DNA of 63,770 nt, the filler included. It is 5 parts of 5 records of this genome, joined end to end, with 100 filler letters (N's around TTAATTAATTAA, not from the genome) between each part and the next. Parts side by side here need not be neighbours in the genome. Positions count along the whole stretch, not along the records: positions 48,805 to 55,347 come from SRR20825019_1723; positions 55,448 to 63,770 come from SRR20825019_1760; 3 more parts are not named here. One strand, 5' to 3'. Positions 53,163 to 63,148 of the stretch are shown here, piece by piece. Positions within the stretch are counted from its first letter, which is position 1. Each line of letters opens with the position of its first letter. The position numbers and the translations under genes are program-made. The notes below the pieces were generated by a model. The model made no database searches. It was not told the DNA's origin and saw only the letters and a list, made by a program, of their open reading frames with translations.

Positions 53163-53873
53163 ATGAGATATAGTTTACTAATAGGTCTCTTGTTTTTTGT
53201 AGGGACTACAAGAGCACAACAGGAGCAATTTGAGCACAGTAGCAGTTGGAACACCTTCACAGTTAAGGCAGCTATAAATGAAAATTGGTTTGTAAAATCT
53301 GAATTCAATTTTAGACGTACAAATTTTCTTCAAGATTGGGAACAGTTTGTACTACGGCCTTCAATTCAGCACAAGGTCAATCCATTTATTACAGTTGGCA
53401 TAGGTTATACATTTATTCAAAATTATTCTTATTCAGAGTTTTCAACACCCATAGATACGCAAGAAAACAATCTTTGGCAGCAATTATTTATCAAACAGCC
53501 ATTTCATTCATTTACCTTATCTCATAGGTTACGATTTGAAGAGCGCTTTCAAGATAAAATAGCTACAATAGAGGACCACTCTGAAATTACAGGCAGTAAT
53601 TATGGCAATAGATTACGTTATCGATTTATTATAGAGGTACCAGTTTTTAAAAAGCCCAAAATTTCAGTTTTGGCTTACGATGAAGTATTTCTTGATTTTA
53701 AAAAAAGACTACAGCCCAAAAAACTAGACCAAAACTGGATGTTTCTCGGTTTACGCTTTCAGGAAAATGAGTATATTACTATCACATCAGGATATCATTA
53801 TATTAATATCCCGAGAACTGAAATCGTTATCAATAACCATATTTGGGAAACCTCTGTAATGTTTACACTATAA
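53163..53873 (+). CDS. DUF2490-family outer membrane beta-barrel protein
   Basis: Signal peptide, ENNLWQQ, SHRLRFEERF, NRLRYR, YDEVF, DQNW motifs. Confidence 0.82.
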   Translation: MRYSLLIGLLFFVGTTRAQQEQFEHSSSWNTFTVKAAINENWFVKSEFNFRRTNFLQDWEQFVLRPSIQHKVNPFITVGIGYTFIQNYSYSEFSTPIDTQENNLWQQLFIKQPFHSFTLSHRLRFEERFQDKIATIEDHSEITGSNYGNRLRYRFIIEVPVFKKPKISVLAYDEVFLDFKKRLQPKKLDQNWMFLGLRFQENEYITITSGYHYINIPRTEIVINNHIWETSVMFTL

Positions 53874-53903
53874 AGATTATAGCGAATAGTAAATCCTAAT
53901 TTG

Positions 53904-53919
53904 TGTAACAAAGGTTACA
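53904..53919 (+). promoter_or_regulatory. Perfect palindromic operator TGTAAC-aaag-GTTACA upstream of sqr
   Basis: 21 nt upstream of the -7-like box TATCTTTA (53941-53948). Confidence 0.75.
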
Positions 53920-53970
53920 AACTTTCAAATGTTCATCCTATATCTTTATTAGGATAAAAACTATACAACT

Positions 53971-55218
53971 ATGGCAACGCATCATCAAGTGCTTATCATT
54001 GGCGGCGGAACCGCTGGAATAATGACAGCATCACAGCTTATAACGCAAAAGAAAACCAAAGATATCGCAATTATAGAACCAGCCGATACCCATTATTATC
54101 AGCCAGCTTGGACACTGGTAGGTGCTGGAACCTATGATTATGAAAAAACAGGAAAGCCAATGGCTGATGTAATGCCTAATGGCGCTAAATGGATTAAGGA
54201 TAAAGCTACAGCTTTCGACCCAGAAAATAATTTGGTAAGTACAGCCAATTCTGGCAATATCACGTATGATTATCTCGTGGTAGCATCAGGTCTTGCCTAC
54301 GATTTTAGTCTCGTGTCCGGGTTGGGTGATGCAATTGATAAAGGTGTGGTGTGCAGCAACTATACAGACCCAAAGCACACGTGGGACGTTGTGAAGAATT
54401 TTAAAGGAGGTACTGCATTATTTACACAGCCTACAACGCCTATTAAATGCGGTGGGGCACCACAAAAAATTATGTACTTGGCCGAGAGCCATTGGGCGAA
54501 AAGCAAAACACGTTCAAAAACTGATGTTGTTTTTGCCACCGCCGGAACAGTAATTTTTGGCGTAAAGGAAATTGCTAAAACTTTAATGGAAGTTGTAGAT
54601 AGAAAAGATATCAATTTACGTTTTGGGTATCAACTAAAGAAAATAGACGGAGCAAATAAAATTGCTTGGTATTCATTTGCAGAGCACGAAAAAGAATATA
54701 ACCATAAGAATGTGAAAATTGAAAAAGACGGGAATTTAACAGGTATTCATTATGATATGCTACATACCGCACCACCAAGTGTTGCACCAGATTTTGTAAG
54801 TAAATCAACTTTGGTAAACGAAGCGGGATGGTTGGATGTAGATAAGCACACAATGCAACACAATAGGTACGCAAATATTTTTGGTCTCGGCGATGTCGCC
54901 GGATTGCCCACTGCTAAAACCGGAGCAGCGATCAGAAAACAAGTGCCTGTGGTTGTGGATAACCTTGGCTTGCTTATCAACCACGATAAAATGGGGAATA
55001 AATCGTACAACGGCTACTCATCTTGCCCATTAGTTACCGATTATGGAAAAATGGTTTTGGCAGAATTTGATTATAACAATAATTTTACCCCTGATCCTAA
55101 ACTTAAACAAATGTTTATTTCAGATAGTTCAAAAGAACATTGGCGTTTGTGGATGCTGAAAAAATACGGCCTTCCCTATCTATACTGGAATAAAATGTTA
55201 AAGGGTAAAGATGTATAG
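53971..55218 (+). CDS. sqr: Sulfide:quinone oxidoreductase (type II-like)
   Basis: GGGTAG, HYYQPAWTLVGAG, CSNY, catalytic Cys motifs IKCGGAPQKIMYL and YNGYSSCPLVT, LAEFDY, LYWNKMLKG. Confidence 0.9.
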   Translation: MATHHQVLIIGGGTAGIMTASQLITQKKTKDIAIIEPADTHYYQPAWTLVGAGTYDYEKTGKPMADVMPNGAKWIKDKATAFDPENNLVSTANSGNITYDYLVVASGLAYDFSLVSGLGDAIDKGVVCSNYTDPKHTWDVVKNFKGGTALFTQPTTPIKCGGAPQKIMYLAESHWAKSKTRSKTDVVFATAGTVIFGVKEIAKTLMEVVDRKDINLRFGYQLKKIDGANKIAWYSFAEHEKEYNHKNVKIEKDGNLTGIHYDMLHTAPPSVAPDFVSKSTLVNEAGWLDVDKHTMQHNRYANIFGLGDVAGLPTAKTGAAIRKQVPVVVDNLGLLINHDKMGNKSYNGYSSCPLVTDYGKMVLAEFDYNNNFTPDPKLKQMFISDSSKEHWRLWMLKKYGLPYLYWNKMLKGKDV

Positions 55219-55220
55219 CA

Positions 55221-55316
55221 TTGGATAAACAGAAAACAAAAAAGCTTCTTATAGTATGTGTGTTGTGTATCATTATAATAACTGCTGTGGTGCTATTTAT
55301 TGAATTTTTAAACTAA
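55221..55316 (+). CDS. Putative 31-aa single-TM peptide (MDKQKTKKLLIVCVLCIIIITAVVLFIEFLN)
   Basis: TTG start 2 nt after the sqr stop, stop 5 nt before the next ATG; basic N-terminus plus hydrophobic helix. Confidence 0.55.
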   Translation: MDKQKTKKLLIVCVLCIIIITAVVLFIEFLN

Positions 55317-55321
55317 ATATT

Positions 55322-55347
55322 ATGAAAAAAAATATGGGCGGTGCAGA
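55322..55347 (+). CDS. DUF2892 (YgaP-like) protein, N-terminal fragment
   Basis: MKKNMGGA(D) matches the MKKNxGxxDR start of the family; truncated by the gap. Confidence 0.55.
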
Positions 55348-55447
55348 NNNNNNNNNNNNNNNNNNNNNNNNNNNNNNNNNNNNNNNNNNNNTTAATTAAT
55401 TAANNNNNNNNNNNNNNNNNNNNNNNNNNNNNNNNNNNNNNNNNNNN
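55348..55447. other. Artificial contig linker 4
   Basis: 44 N + TTAATTAATTAA + 44 N. Confidence 0.98.
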
Positions 55448-57044
55448 CATTCATGACCATCAGCATCACCGCCATTGTGCGATACATGAGCTTCTGCAAC
55501 TTGGGATCGTTCGAGTCGTTACTATCGCCGTCACTAGAAAGCTGGGAAAGATCACTCCCATAAACCGAAAATACGAAATCAGGACTGAAGTCGCACTTCT
55601 TGCCATGATAAGCTGTGAGATTGATGGCAGAACTGTCAGTCACTTCGGCATCGTTCCGGCTGTTGTACTACCCAAGAAGGGCCCACACAAAGGGCATGAG
55701 ATGCTTCGGTATCGCATCAGAACTTTCCTTCTCATCTAAACTTGCATTGCTGAAAACCCTGGGTGCAGAGTCTCGCATACCCACAATCTTTCGAGCTGCC
55801 GCTTGCAACACATCATGTCGTCATTGTAGGTGGCAGGTGCACTGCTTGGGAGGACGGCATTATCACAAACATGGCCTTGCAATGGAGTTCCCATGCCAGT
55901 GCTAGCTTGTACAGCGACTGGCCCATCGCGGCATTCCGCTCAGTAGAGAAATCAAAGAGTGTGTAAGCCGTGGCCTTGCCTCCATCCCTCAGCCTGCTGC
56001 TGTCCTATTCAACAGGTGTCTCATCACAGTGCAGCAGCAGAATGCTTGCTTGAGCAGTCTCAAAAGGTAGTCCCGCATATTGCTGTGAGAAAACTCGGAG
56101 TGCTGTCGCAAAATGGTCGTATTCTAAGCGGTGTAGATGCCGTTCAGATCGACACATTGGCCCAAAGCAACTCGAAGCAGGCCAGCCAGTGTGTGTCTCT
56201 GAGCGAGCAATCTATCACTACGTTCATCTGGTTGCAGCTCGTTGACAAACGCCTGCATGGCCCGGAGCCACGACAGAAAGAAACTTCTGGTACAGCTGCG
56301 TCTCCTTCAACTGGGCTTCAACTCCGCATGATGGGCGAAGTACAGGTGCCGGAATCCCCCCGGGAGCCCTCACCATAAATAAGATCACAACTTCCCCCGT
56401 TGCAGCGTTTGGCGGCTATGAACACACTGACATTGAGAGGGGGCACCCTCTCCTCCATGATCATAGCCCATAGACCAGAGGGGAGCTTGAGCCTCTCCAT
56501 ATCCGCAGCGCTGATGAACACCTCTTGTTGGTGTATCGAGTCGCCACCCTCCACAAACCTGAATGTCGATATTGCCTTTATGCCACTCCTCACCCATGCT
56601 TCTTCTCAACATTTTGTACGAGCAAGGCTTCCATAAAGTCCCCTCAACGCTTAAACTCTTGCAGTCAGGATTCAGGCATGGCACACAGGAGTTGTTCGGT
56701 TTCTTGGCTCGTGCTTCAGAGCGATTTCGCCCCGCGGCTCACTGAGTGAAGGTCACTCACTGGTGCCAAGTCATCAGGCCGGCTCCTTGTCGGGGCCGGC
56801 CAATTGTGCTGGGGGAACGGCGGGGTCACTGGTTACGCCGTCGTCCTTCCGTCAGCCTGCTAGAGCGGCCGGGCCGCTGGCGGCCGCGCGGCTCGTCGCC
56901 GGGCACGCGGGCCGGAGACCCGGCAGCCGGGACGTCGGAGAGCGACTCTTTGACTTCACTGTACGCAACTTCCCAATCGACGTGCACATGCATGCAAGCC
57001 TTGCAACTGGCCTTGGAACATTCTCAAATCCCGGTTCGGTCTTA

Positions 57045-57132
57045 ATTAGCAGGGGGTACCATTTCATTGGATCGTTGTCTCTCATTAGCAGGGAGGTACC
57101 ATTCCATTGGATCGTTGTCTCTCATTAGCAGG
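57045..57132. repeat. Tandem duplication of a 39-40 bp unit (2.2 copies)
   Basis: ATTAGCAGGG(A)GGTACCATTYCATTGGATCGTTGTCTCTC x2 plus a partial third copy. Confidence 0.9.
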
Positions 57133-57436
57133 AAGTGTTGTTCTACCTCATCAGACCGATTGCAAGAATAGGAAGGTTCTATTGAGAGCCCAAGGTTGCA
57201 ACTCTGTGACACCTCGGCAATAGATGTCAGGAGATGACTCTACCTCATCAAGGATGATTGAGGTGGATTAGGCACTTTTCAAGACCTAATCACCGAACGC
57301 GATTGCGTCACCCAACGTATCGATCCACTGCTGCGTGCGGACACCGTGGAACGCGACCAGCTAGCAGGGCTTCAGTGGATGACAACCGCGGCCCAGTTGC
57401 GGAAGGAAGCTGAGAGGGAATATCCTCCTGAGAGCG

Positions 57437-57478
57437 GTCAAGATGGAATAGCCTGGCGTCAAGATGGAATAGCCTGGC
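57437..57478. repeat. Perfect 21-bp tandem duplication
   Basis: GTCAAGATGGAATAGCCTGGC x2. Confidence 0.92.
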
Positions 57479-57573
57479 GTGAACCACGCGGCACGGCCAA
57501 CCGTGTTGTGAGTAACCTGTAGAATGAGATATATGTCAATGCGCCTATGGTGTCAACACTAAAAGTGTGAAAT

Positions 57574-59079
57574 ATGCCTCCACAGACAGTTGGTGGGAAG
57601 TTTGATCCTTCATCAGGAATCAATTCGCCAAATGGGGGAACTGTGTCTATTCCTTCGGTGGGCGATACCGGCAACTCAAAGAGTGCCATGAAGGTAAACA
57701 ATGGGGGGAAGTCTGGAGCCCGGAATCATCACCGCCTTTCGATGGATATGGCCGCTATGCTGACAGATAAAAAACATCAAGTGACTTTCGACAACAAGGC
57801 TATAGATAGCATGGCTCTTGGCAAATACCTTCAAATCGTAGTGGAGGCCTCCAACCTTCCGGTTGTGTGCAACCTCGTTAGAAAGGAGTCCCCAAGCTGC
57901 ACGCAGCTTGAGGCCAATACCAAGACCGTGCTCTTTAACCCCGACCGTCTCATGGGGTCTCCACCAATGGTCCTCCAGCTGTTGGATGATATGAAGGTGC
58001 AGGCGGGGCCTGCCGTGGTGTTTAATCCAAGCCTGAAAGATTTTCAGGATGGGGAGGTCTGCAGGCAAACTCTTGATGGAAGAGAGTGTGGGTTCATTAG
58101 AGAAATTGGCACACGGGTCAGGCTTCAAGTTACGGTGACGTATGACCGTATTCAAGAAGCATCTGCAGTGCAGCGGTACATGTGTCGGATCAAGGTGAAG
58201 TTCAGCATCGTGGACAGGGCCGCCGCATCCAAGTTTGAGACGTCCTGCGAGAGTAAGAGCTTTGGATCCGCCGCCGAGAACACCAGTCGAACGCAGGGGA
58301 CCAACTCGGACGACGACAAGCGTAGTGTCAATGAATTACCCGCCCCGACTCGTGCGACTAGGGGCAAGGACCAGAATGCAAGGCGTACAAGTAGTGATGT
58401 GATCAGGAATAGCGTTAAGGCCGGTGTTGGCCCGCCGAGGCCCGTGAGCTTTTATGGACAAAGTTCGAGCACTGGTGTAAGCACCAGCGAGAGGAGAAAG
58501 TCAACTGCAGCAGAGGCTCCGGGCAGCGCTGCAGTGAGCGGGTCAGTATCCAAGGGCTCTGTCGAAGCAGCCCTGAACGCGCTCCCTGCTCCGAAAAAAA
58601 AATTTCGCCGGAGCATGTCGGGAACACATAATCCGGATGATCTGTGGAAATTCTTGCAGGACACCAAGGAGTTGCAAGTCCCGGGCTTCCGGCCGATGCC
58701 GCAGTCCAAGGATAGCGGCATTGGCACAGGAAGGAAGCATACTGGAATCTCCCCGATCGCCCCGCGCTTGAAGAACGGTCAGTTTGCGCCGGCCAAGGAA
58801 CACTCTCTCAAGGACTTTGATCCCAAAACCGCGCTGTCGGGGGTGTATTCAGTGAGCAGCATGGATGAACTCAAGGGTGCCTTTGCCAAGTTTAAGTTTG
58901 GTTACAACAATGTGCGTGGTATCTTGGACAAGACGAGACATGGCACGCTGTATTTCAATGGCGATGTGTTCATGCTTGCGTTGGATGAAGGTAGCACTGT
59001 CATGATCAACGCCAAGGATGCCCCGAGGCTCCAGCTTACATCCGAGAGTCTGAAAGCGTCTCCGAATTGCATGGTGTGA
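57574..59079 (+). CDS. Eukaryotic protein of unknown function; 3' end uncertain
   Basis: 501-codon open frame with two globular-looking regions separated by a Ser-rich disordered linker. Confidence 0.65.
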   Translation: MPPQTVGGKFDPSSGINSPNGGTVSIPSVGDTGNSKSAMKVNNGGKSGARNHHRLSMDMAAMLTDKKHQVTFDNKAIDSMALGKYLQIVVEASNLPVVCNLVRKESPSCTQLEANTKTVLFNPDRLMGSPPMVLQLLDDMKVQAGPAVVFNPSLKDFQDGEVCRQTLDGRECGFIREIGTRVRLQVTVTYDRIQEASAVQRYMCRIKVKFSIVDRAAASKFETSCESKSFGSAAENTSRTQGTNSDDDKRSVNELPAPTRATRGKDQNARRTSSDVIRNSVKAGVGPPRPVSFYGQSSSTGVSTSERRKSTAAEAPGSAAVSGSVSKGSVEAALNALPAPKKKFRRSMSGTHNPDDLWKFLQDTKELQVPGFRPMPQSKDSGIGTGRKHTGISPIAPRLKNGQFAPAKEHSLKDFDPKTALSGVYSVSSMDELKGAFAKFKFGYNNVRGILDKTRHGTLYFNGDVFMLALDEGSTVMINAKDAPRLQLTSESLKASPNCMV

Positions 59080-59223
59080 TTCGACTTGATAGAAACGAAG
59101 CCCGATACTTTATTATGGCCCGCCACTGTGGTTACCGCACGCTTGCGAGGGAATGTTTGCCCGGAGCCGTGTATACTATGAGAAGCGGCTGCCATCGTGA
59201 TCGATCGCGTAGTGTGACCAGTC

Positions 59224-61095
59224 TCATGAATCATCTTGTCCTCGACCTCCCGCCGATGCAGAATTCATAAACGTCATGATTAACCTAGCCATTTGTTCCA
59301 TGGCTTGAGGGTCCAAGCCACGCCTATCTTCACTGCTGGATTCTTGTGCGACCCCGCCGTGGCCCGCGGCAGGGCGGACCACCTCGCACCCCCTCATAAT
59401 ATCATCCGTCTCCAATGGTCGGGGGTCCGTCGGCAGTAGCTTCTCCAAGTCATCATCGGCCTCATCGTCAACCCGACCCTCCGCCTCACCCATTGCATCC
59501 TTGAACATTCTCTCAGTCATCACTTCCCGTTCCTTCTGAATGTACTCGCGGATAGGCACCATCGATGCTTCCCTGCAAGCCTCCTTAATGTCAGACCCAC
59601 TGAAGCCGTCCATGCGCCGGCACAGTCGATCAAAATCGATGGGTCCAGTCTTGACCCCTTTCAAGGTCACCTGTTCCTCGGTTAGTCGCACCGGCAGCAA
59701 CAGTCAATGGTGTCCTTACCCGGAGGATGTCGCGGCGCGAGACGTCGTTGGGAAGGCCAACGTTGAACATCCTTGGAAGGCGGCGGAGAATGGCCTTGTC
59801 CACATCCATAGGCCTATTCGTAGCCCCCAGGACGACCACCTGAGACTGGGCCGACGTGGTTATGCCATCCCATAAACACATGAACTGTGTCTTAGCATTG
59901 GCAGTTGCCTCATGGTCGGTGCTGGACCTCTGACACGGGGTGAGCGCGGGTATGCAAGAGTTGTTGCTCGCACATACCTCACGAAGAAAAGAGTCGATTT
60001 CATCAATGAAGATGATGCATGGCGAAATCTTCTGCGCCAGGCTGAACACGGCGTCCACATACTTCCCTGTTTCTCCATACCATTTGCTGCCTATAGTGGA
60101 CACCTGTCGACTGCACCATCAGTCTCTGGGCTAGCTTGGTACACGGTCAATGACGGCACCTTAAGGTTGATAAATGCCGCGTCAGCCTCACGGGCAATGG
60201 CCTTGGCCATCATCGTCTTTCCAGTGCCCGGCGGGCCATAGAGGAGCACACCCCGGGGAGATCCCAGGGAATTGACGTTACGGAAAAGGCGTGGTCTGAG
60301 AGGGAGAATTAGTTGGCGGTGGCGCGTGTTGTTGCACGGTCCTGGCACCTGCGGATAGGAAGGATGATGGACTCGTATACAGCCGACTTCACCTCGTCCA
60401 GCCCTCCAATATCTACAGACCCACCGTCAGCCTATAGTGGGCACACACAAGTCGTGCCACCCGCACCTTCGAGTGAGACATCCATCTCCAGTGGGTTCAG
60501 GACGTCGTCTGCAATGACGGCTTCATACTCGTTAATCTCAAAACTGTCCGGCAGACCCTGTCCACCATTGGCCTGTCGCATCTATCACACCCCACTGCGT
60601 TAGTCATCGCAGGCCCATCTTGCAAACAAAAGCCAGCCTACCTGCAGCCGGGCCACCAGGTTTTGAATGCTCTTCTTCTTAGTGTGCTCGGACGGCTCCG
60701 ATCCAGTAATCGAAGGCATCAGCCCCTTCAGAACATATTTCATTCCCACCCAGAAAATCAAGTTGGAGACCGCCACCGATGCTACGTCCATCAGCAGAGC
60801 CTCTGCAGACAAGTTAGGCCCGCCATCCTCCCAAGCCTGACACGCAGTACAAACCCCAGTCAAAACCGCTCTTTGGTGGAGGGACCGGGGCCAAAGTGCT
60901 CTGAACTTTGGAGGCCATCTGTTCACCCTTATTCACCAGTGCCTCACTCGCCGTGCTTAGCTTGCTTTGCACCTCTGACGCCATGTTCTTTGATGTCGCA
61001 GCGACATGAGACAAGTCAAGAGACGGCTGTTGTGCAGGTAGCGGAGCTGGTACCGCGTCCGAGCCACCTGCCACGGAGCTCCACACGCCACCCAT
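59224..61095 (-). CDS. ATAD1: MSP1/ATAD1 membrane-anchored AAA ATPase, 8 exons
   Basis: N-terminal [75 protein letters not shown]; seven short GT-AG introns restore the frame; start codon inferred. Confidence 0.9.
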
Positions 61096-61873
61096 TTCAG
61101 GCAGTTGAAGCCATATCCAATGTGGAGAAGGATACATGTCTATGCAAAACCCCGCGTTGAACCAGCCAAGCAACAGCCCACCGGAATGCGGCGAGGTGGA
61201 GAAAGAGTGTCTCCACGGCGGCGCCGCACCGGACTCAGTTGTTCACGGGGCGGCTATGTCCGGTTCGGCCGACCGGCCCCCGCGCCCGGCCGGTGCCGAC
61301 CGTTCCGGCCGCGGCCCGGTGAGTCACCATCGAACGCACTGACACCTGCCGCAGGCGTCCGAGTCCGTGCGGGCCGCTGGTGTTGGGGCCCGGTGCCGGC
61401 GCGTCGCTGATCCGCGGGGAGTGCTCCACCACACGGTACGGATCGGAACGGCGCCCAATGTGGCTGGGGCCTTGCGGCGGTCTGGGTCCCCGATCGGGTC
61501 GGAGACTGACGGTCTGGGTTATTTTCCTTAGTAGCAGTTAGCCTCATATATTTAAACATGGTAGTGGGTCTCCAAAACCAACAATACTTCAATTATGTCA
61601 CGAATTATCATTAAGACTAGGGGTTAACATATTTATTTTGACGTTCGCCAAAAATCCCCCGGCGCTTCGGGATCGAGGGCGTCCCCGGCGACGCGGCCTC
61701 CCCTGCTTGCGCCCCGGCGGCGGAGACTGTCTAGCTAAATCTCACTCGGTATGGCCTGCTCAGTGGCTAGCGGAGCGCCTGAGCCACGGCCGGCCCAAAG
61801 AACCGAGGTGTTCAGTTCATTGTTCAAGGGGATCCACTGCAGTCACACAGTGAGGATCGGATCAGAATGGTGC

Positions 61874-63148
61874 TCAGAAGTCCTCCCCGGCGATTCGAGC
61901 CAAGTCCTTGACGTAGGGCAGGATCTCGCTGCTACCGGATGCATAGAACCAGTACAGAGCGCTCTGAGCCGCGGCCGTCCTCGCATCCTCATGCGTCGCA
62001 CCATATCCCGTGGCGAGGAACACATTCAGGGCATATACGCGGGCCTCCACGCGGTCTGGACCCAAACTACACAGCCCATTTACTCACAAGAATATGTTTT
62101 CGACATCCCCTTACCTTGTCACTTTATAGACTGGGAAGTGATATCCCCGCTGCTTACACATCTTGGTAAGCGCGTCAGCCGGCTGCATCCACAACAGAGT
62201 TATAGCTAAAGTTCCAACATCAAACATGACGCATGCTGACCTTCTGGTGGTGGGTCCTGTGGATGTGCTCGGGGATGTTTACGCTGTTGAAGATTTCTCG
62301 TTCAGCAAAACCGCGCGCTGCCTCCAGGCCCTAAGTTACAGCCGTCAGTGGGGCCAAGTGTCCTGAGGCTATTCCCTTGACTCACGTGCTCGTATTTCAC
62401 TCCTCCGATCAATCCGTGCACAATTCTCTCCTGATGGAACGGCAGCAGAACCCGCCTCCATCCATCCGAGGGTTTCGACTGAGAGTTACAGCTGTGTCAA
62501 TATCATGAGAACCATCCTTGTCCGGGCCGATCTCACCGGTCCTTCGACCGCAAACTGCCTGTTTAGCTTGGCAAACGGGTCGCTCCGCTCAACGGTCCAT
62601 TCCACCTCGTACCGCGTGTACTGTATCACCCCAGCCCGCAGCAGCACCTCGGTCACATGGCGGCCAGTCGTCAGCGCAGTCGTGGCTGTGCGAATCATGT
62701 CACGGGAGAGGTTGGGATGCTGCTCTCGGAGGTAGTCCACGGCCACCAGCTGGAGCGTGGCTCGGCCCAGAGCGTGTAGGGCTGCTGGGCCTGGTAGGGC
62801 TGCATCAGTGTGAGCTCGGTAAGTTCCGTGCAGGAGAGAGACTGATCACACAAACATGAACAGGGTCGTACCGCGAGGGTCCTGGAGGTGGTTATGGTGT
62901 GTTATCAGAGGGCCGGGGTAGGTGAGCGCCCCGAGGAGCACCTCCGGGTCTTGAAACGTAACCCCCAGCTTCCGCTTGAGTATCTCAGCCGCCTTCACAC
63001 CAGCTGGGGCACGCCCATCATGTTTCGGCCATTTCCGTGGAGGCGGAGGTCGGGACGACGACGGGCCAGGACCACGGTTAGTGTGCGTATATCGCGAGAA
63101 CAATGATAGTGCAGCGGTGCAGTCCCGCCGCACCCCGAGTTGTAGCAT
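61874..63148 (-). CDS. Catalytically inactive RNase III-fold + dsRBD protein, probably mitoribosomal mL44-like, spliced
   Basis: Arg-rich presequence, KLGVTFQDPEVLLGALT, ALGRATLQLVAVDYL, HGLIGGVKYEHGLEAARGF, dsRBD (PADALTKMCKQRG..PVY..LATGYGATHEDARTAAAQSAL); GT-AG introns. Confidence 0.72.

Noticed and set aside
57045-57132. CRISPR array
   Set aside because: Units are directly adjacent with no spacers, no cas genes, eukaryotic contig
59077-59227. Alternative genetic code (TGA=Trp) suggested by read-through of the orphan ORF
   Set aside because: ATAD1 and the mL44-like gene end at TGA and use TGG for Trp, with no in-frame TGA in conserved regions
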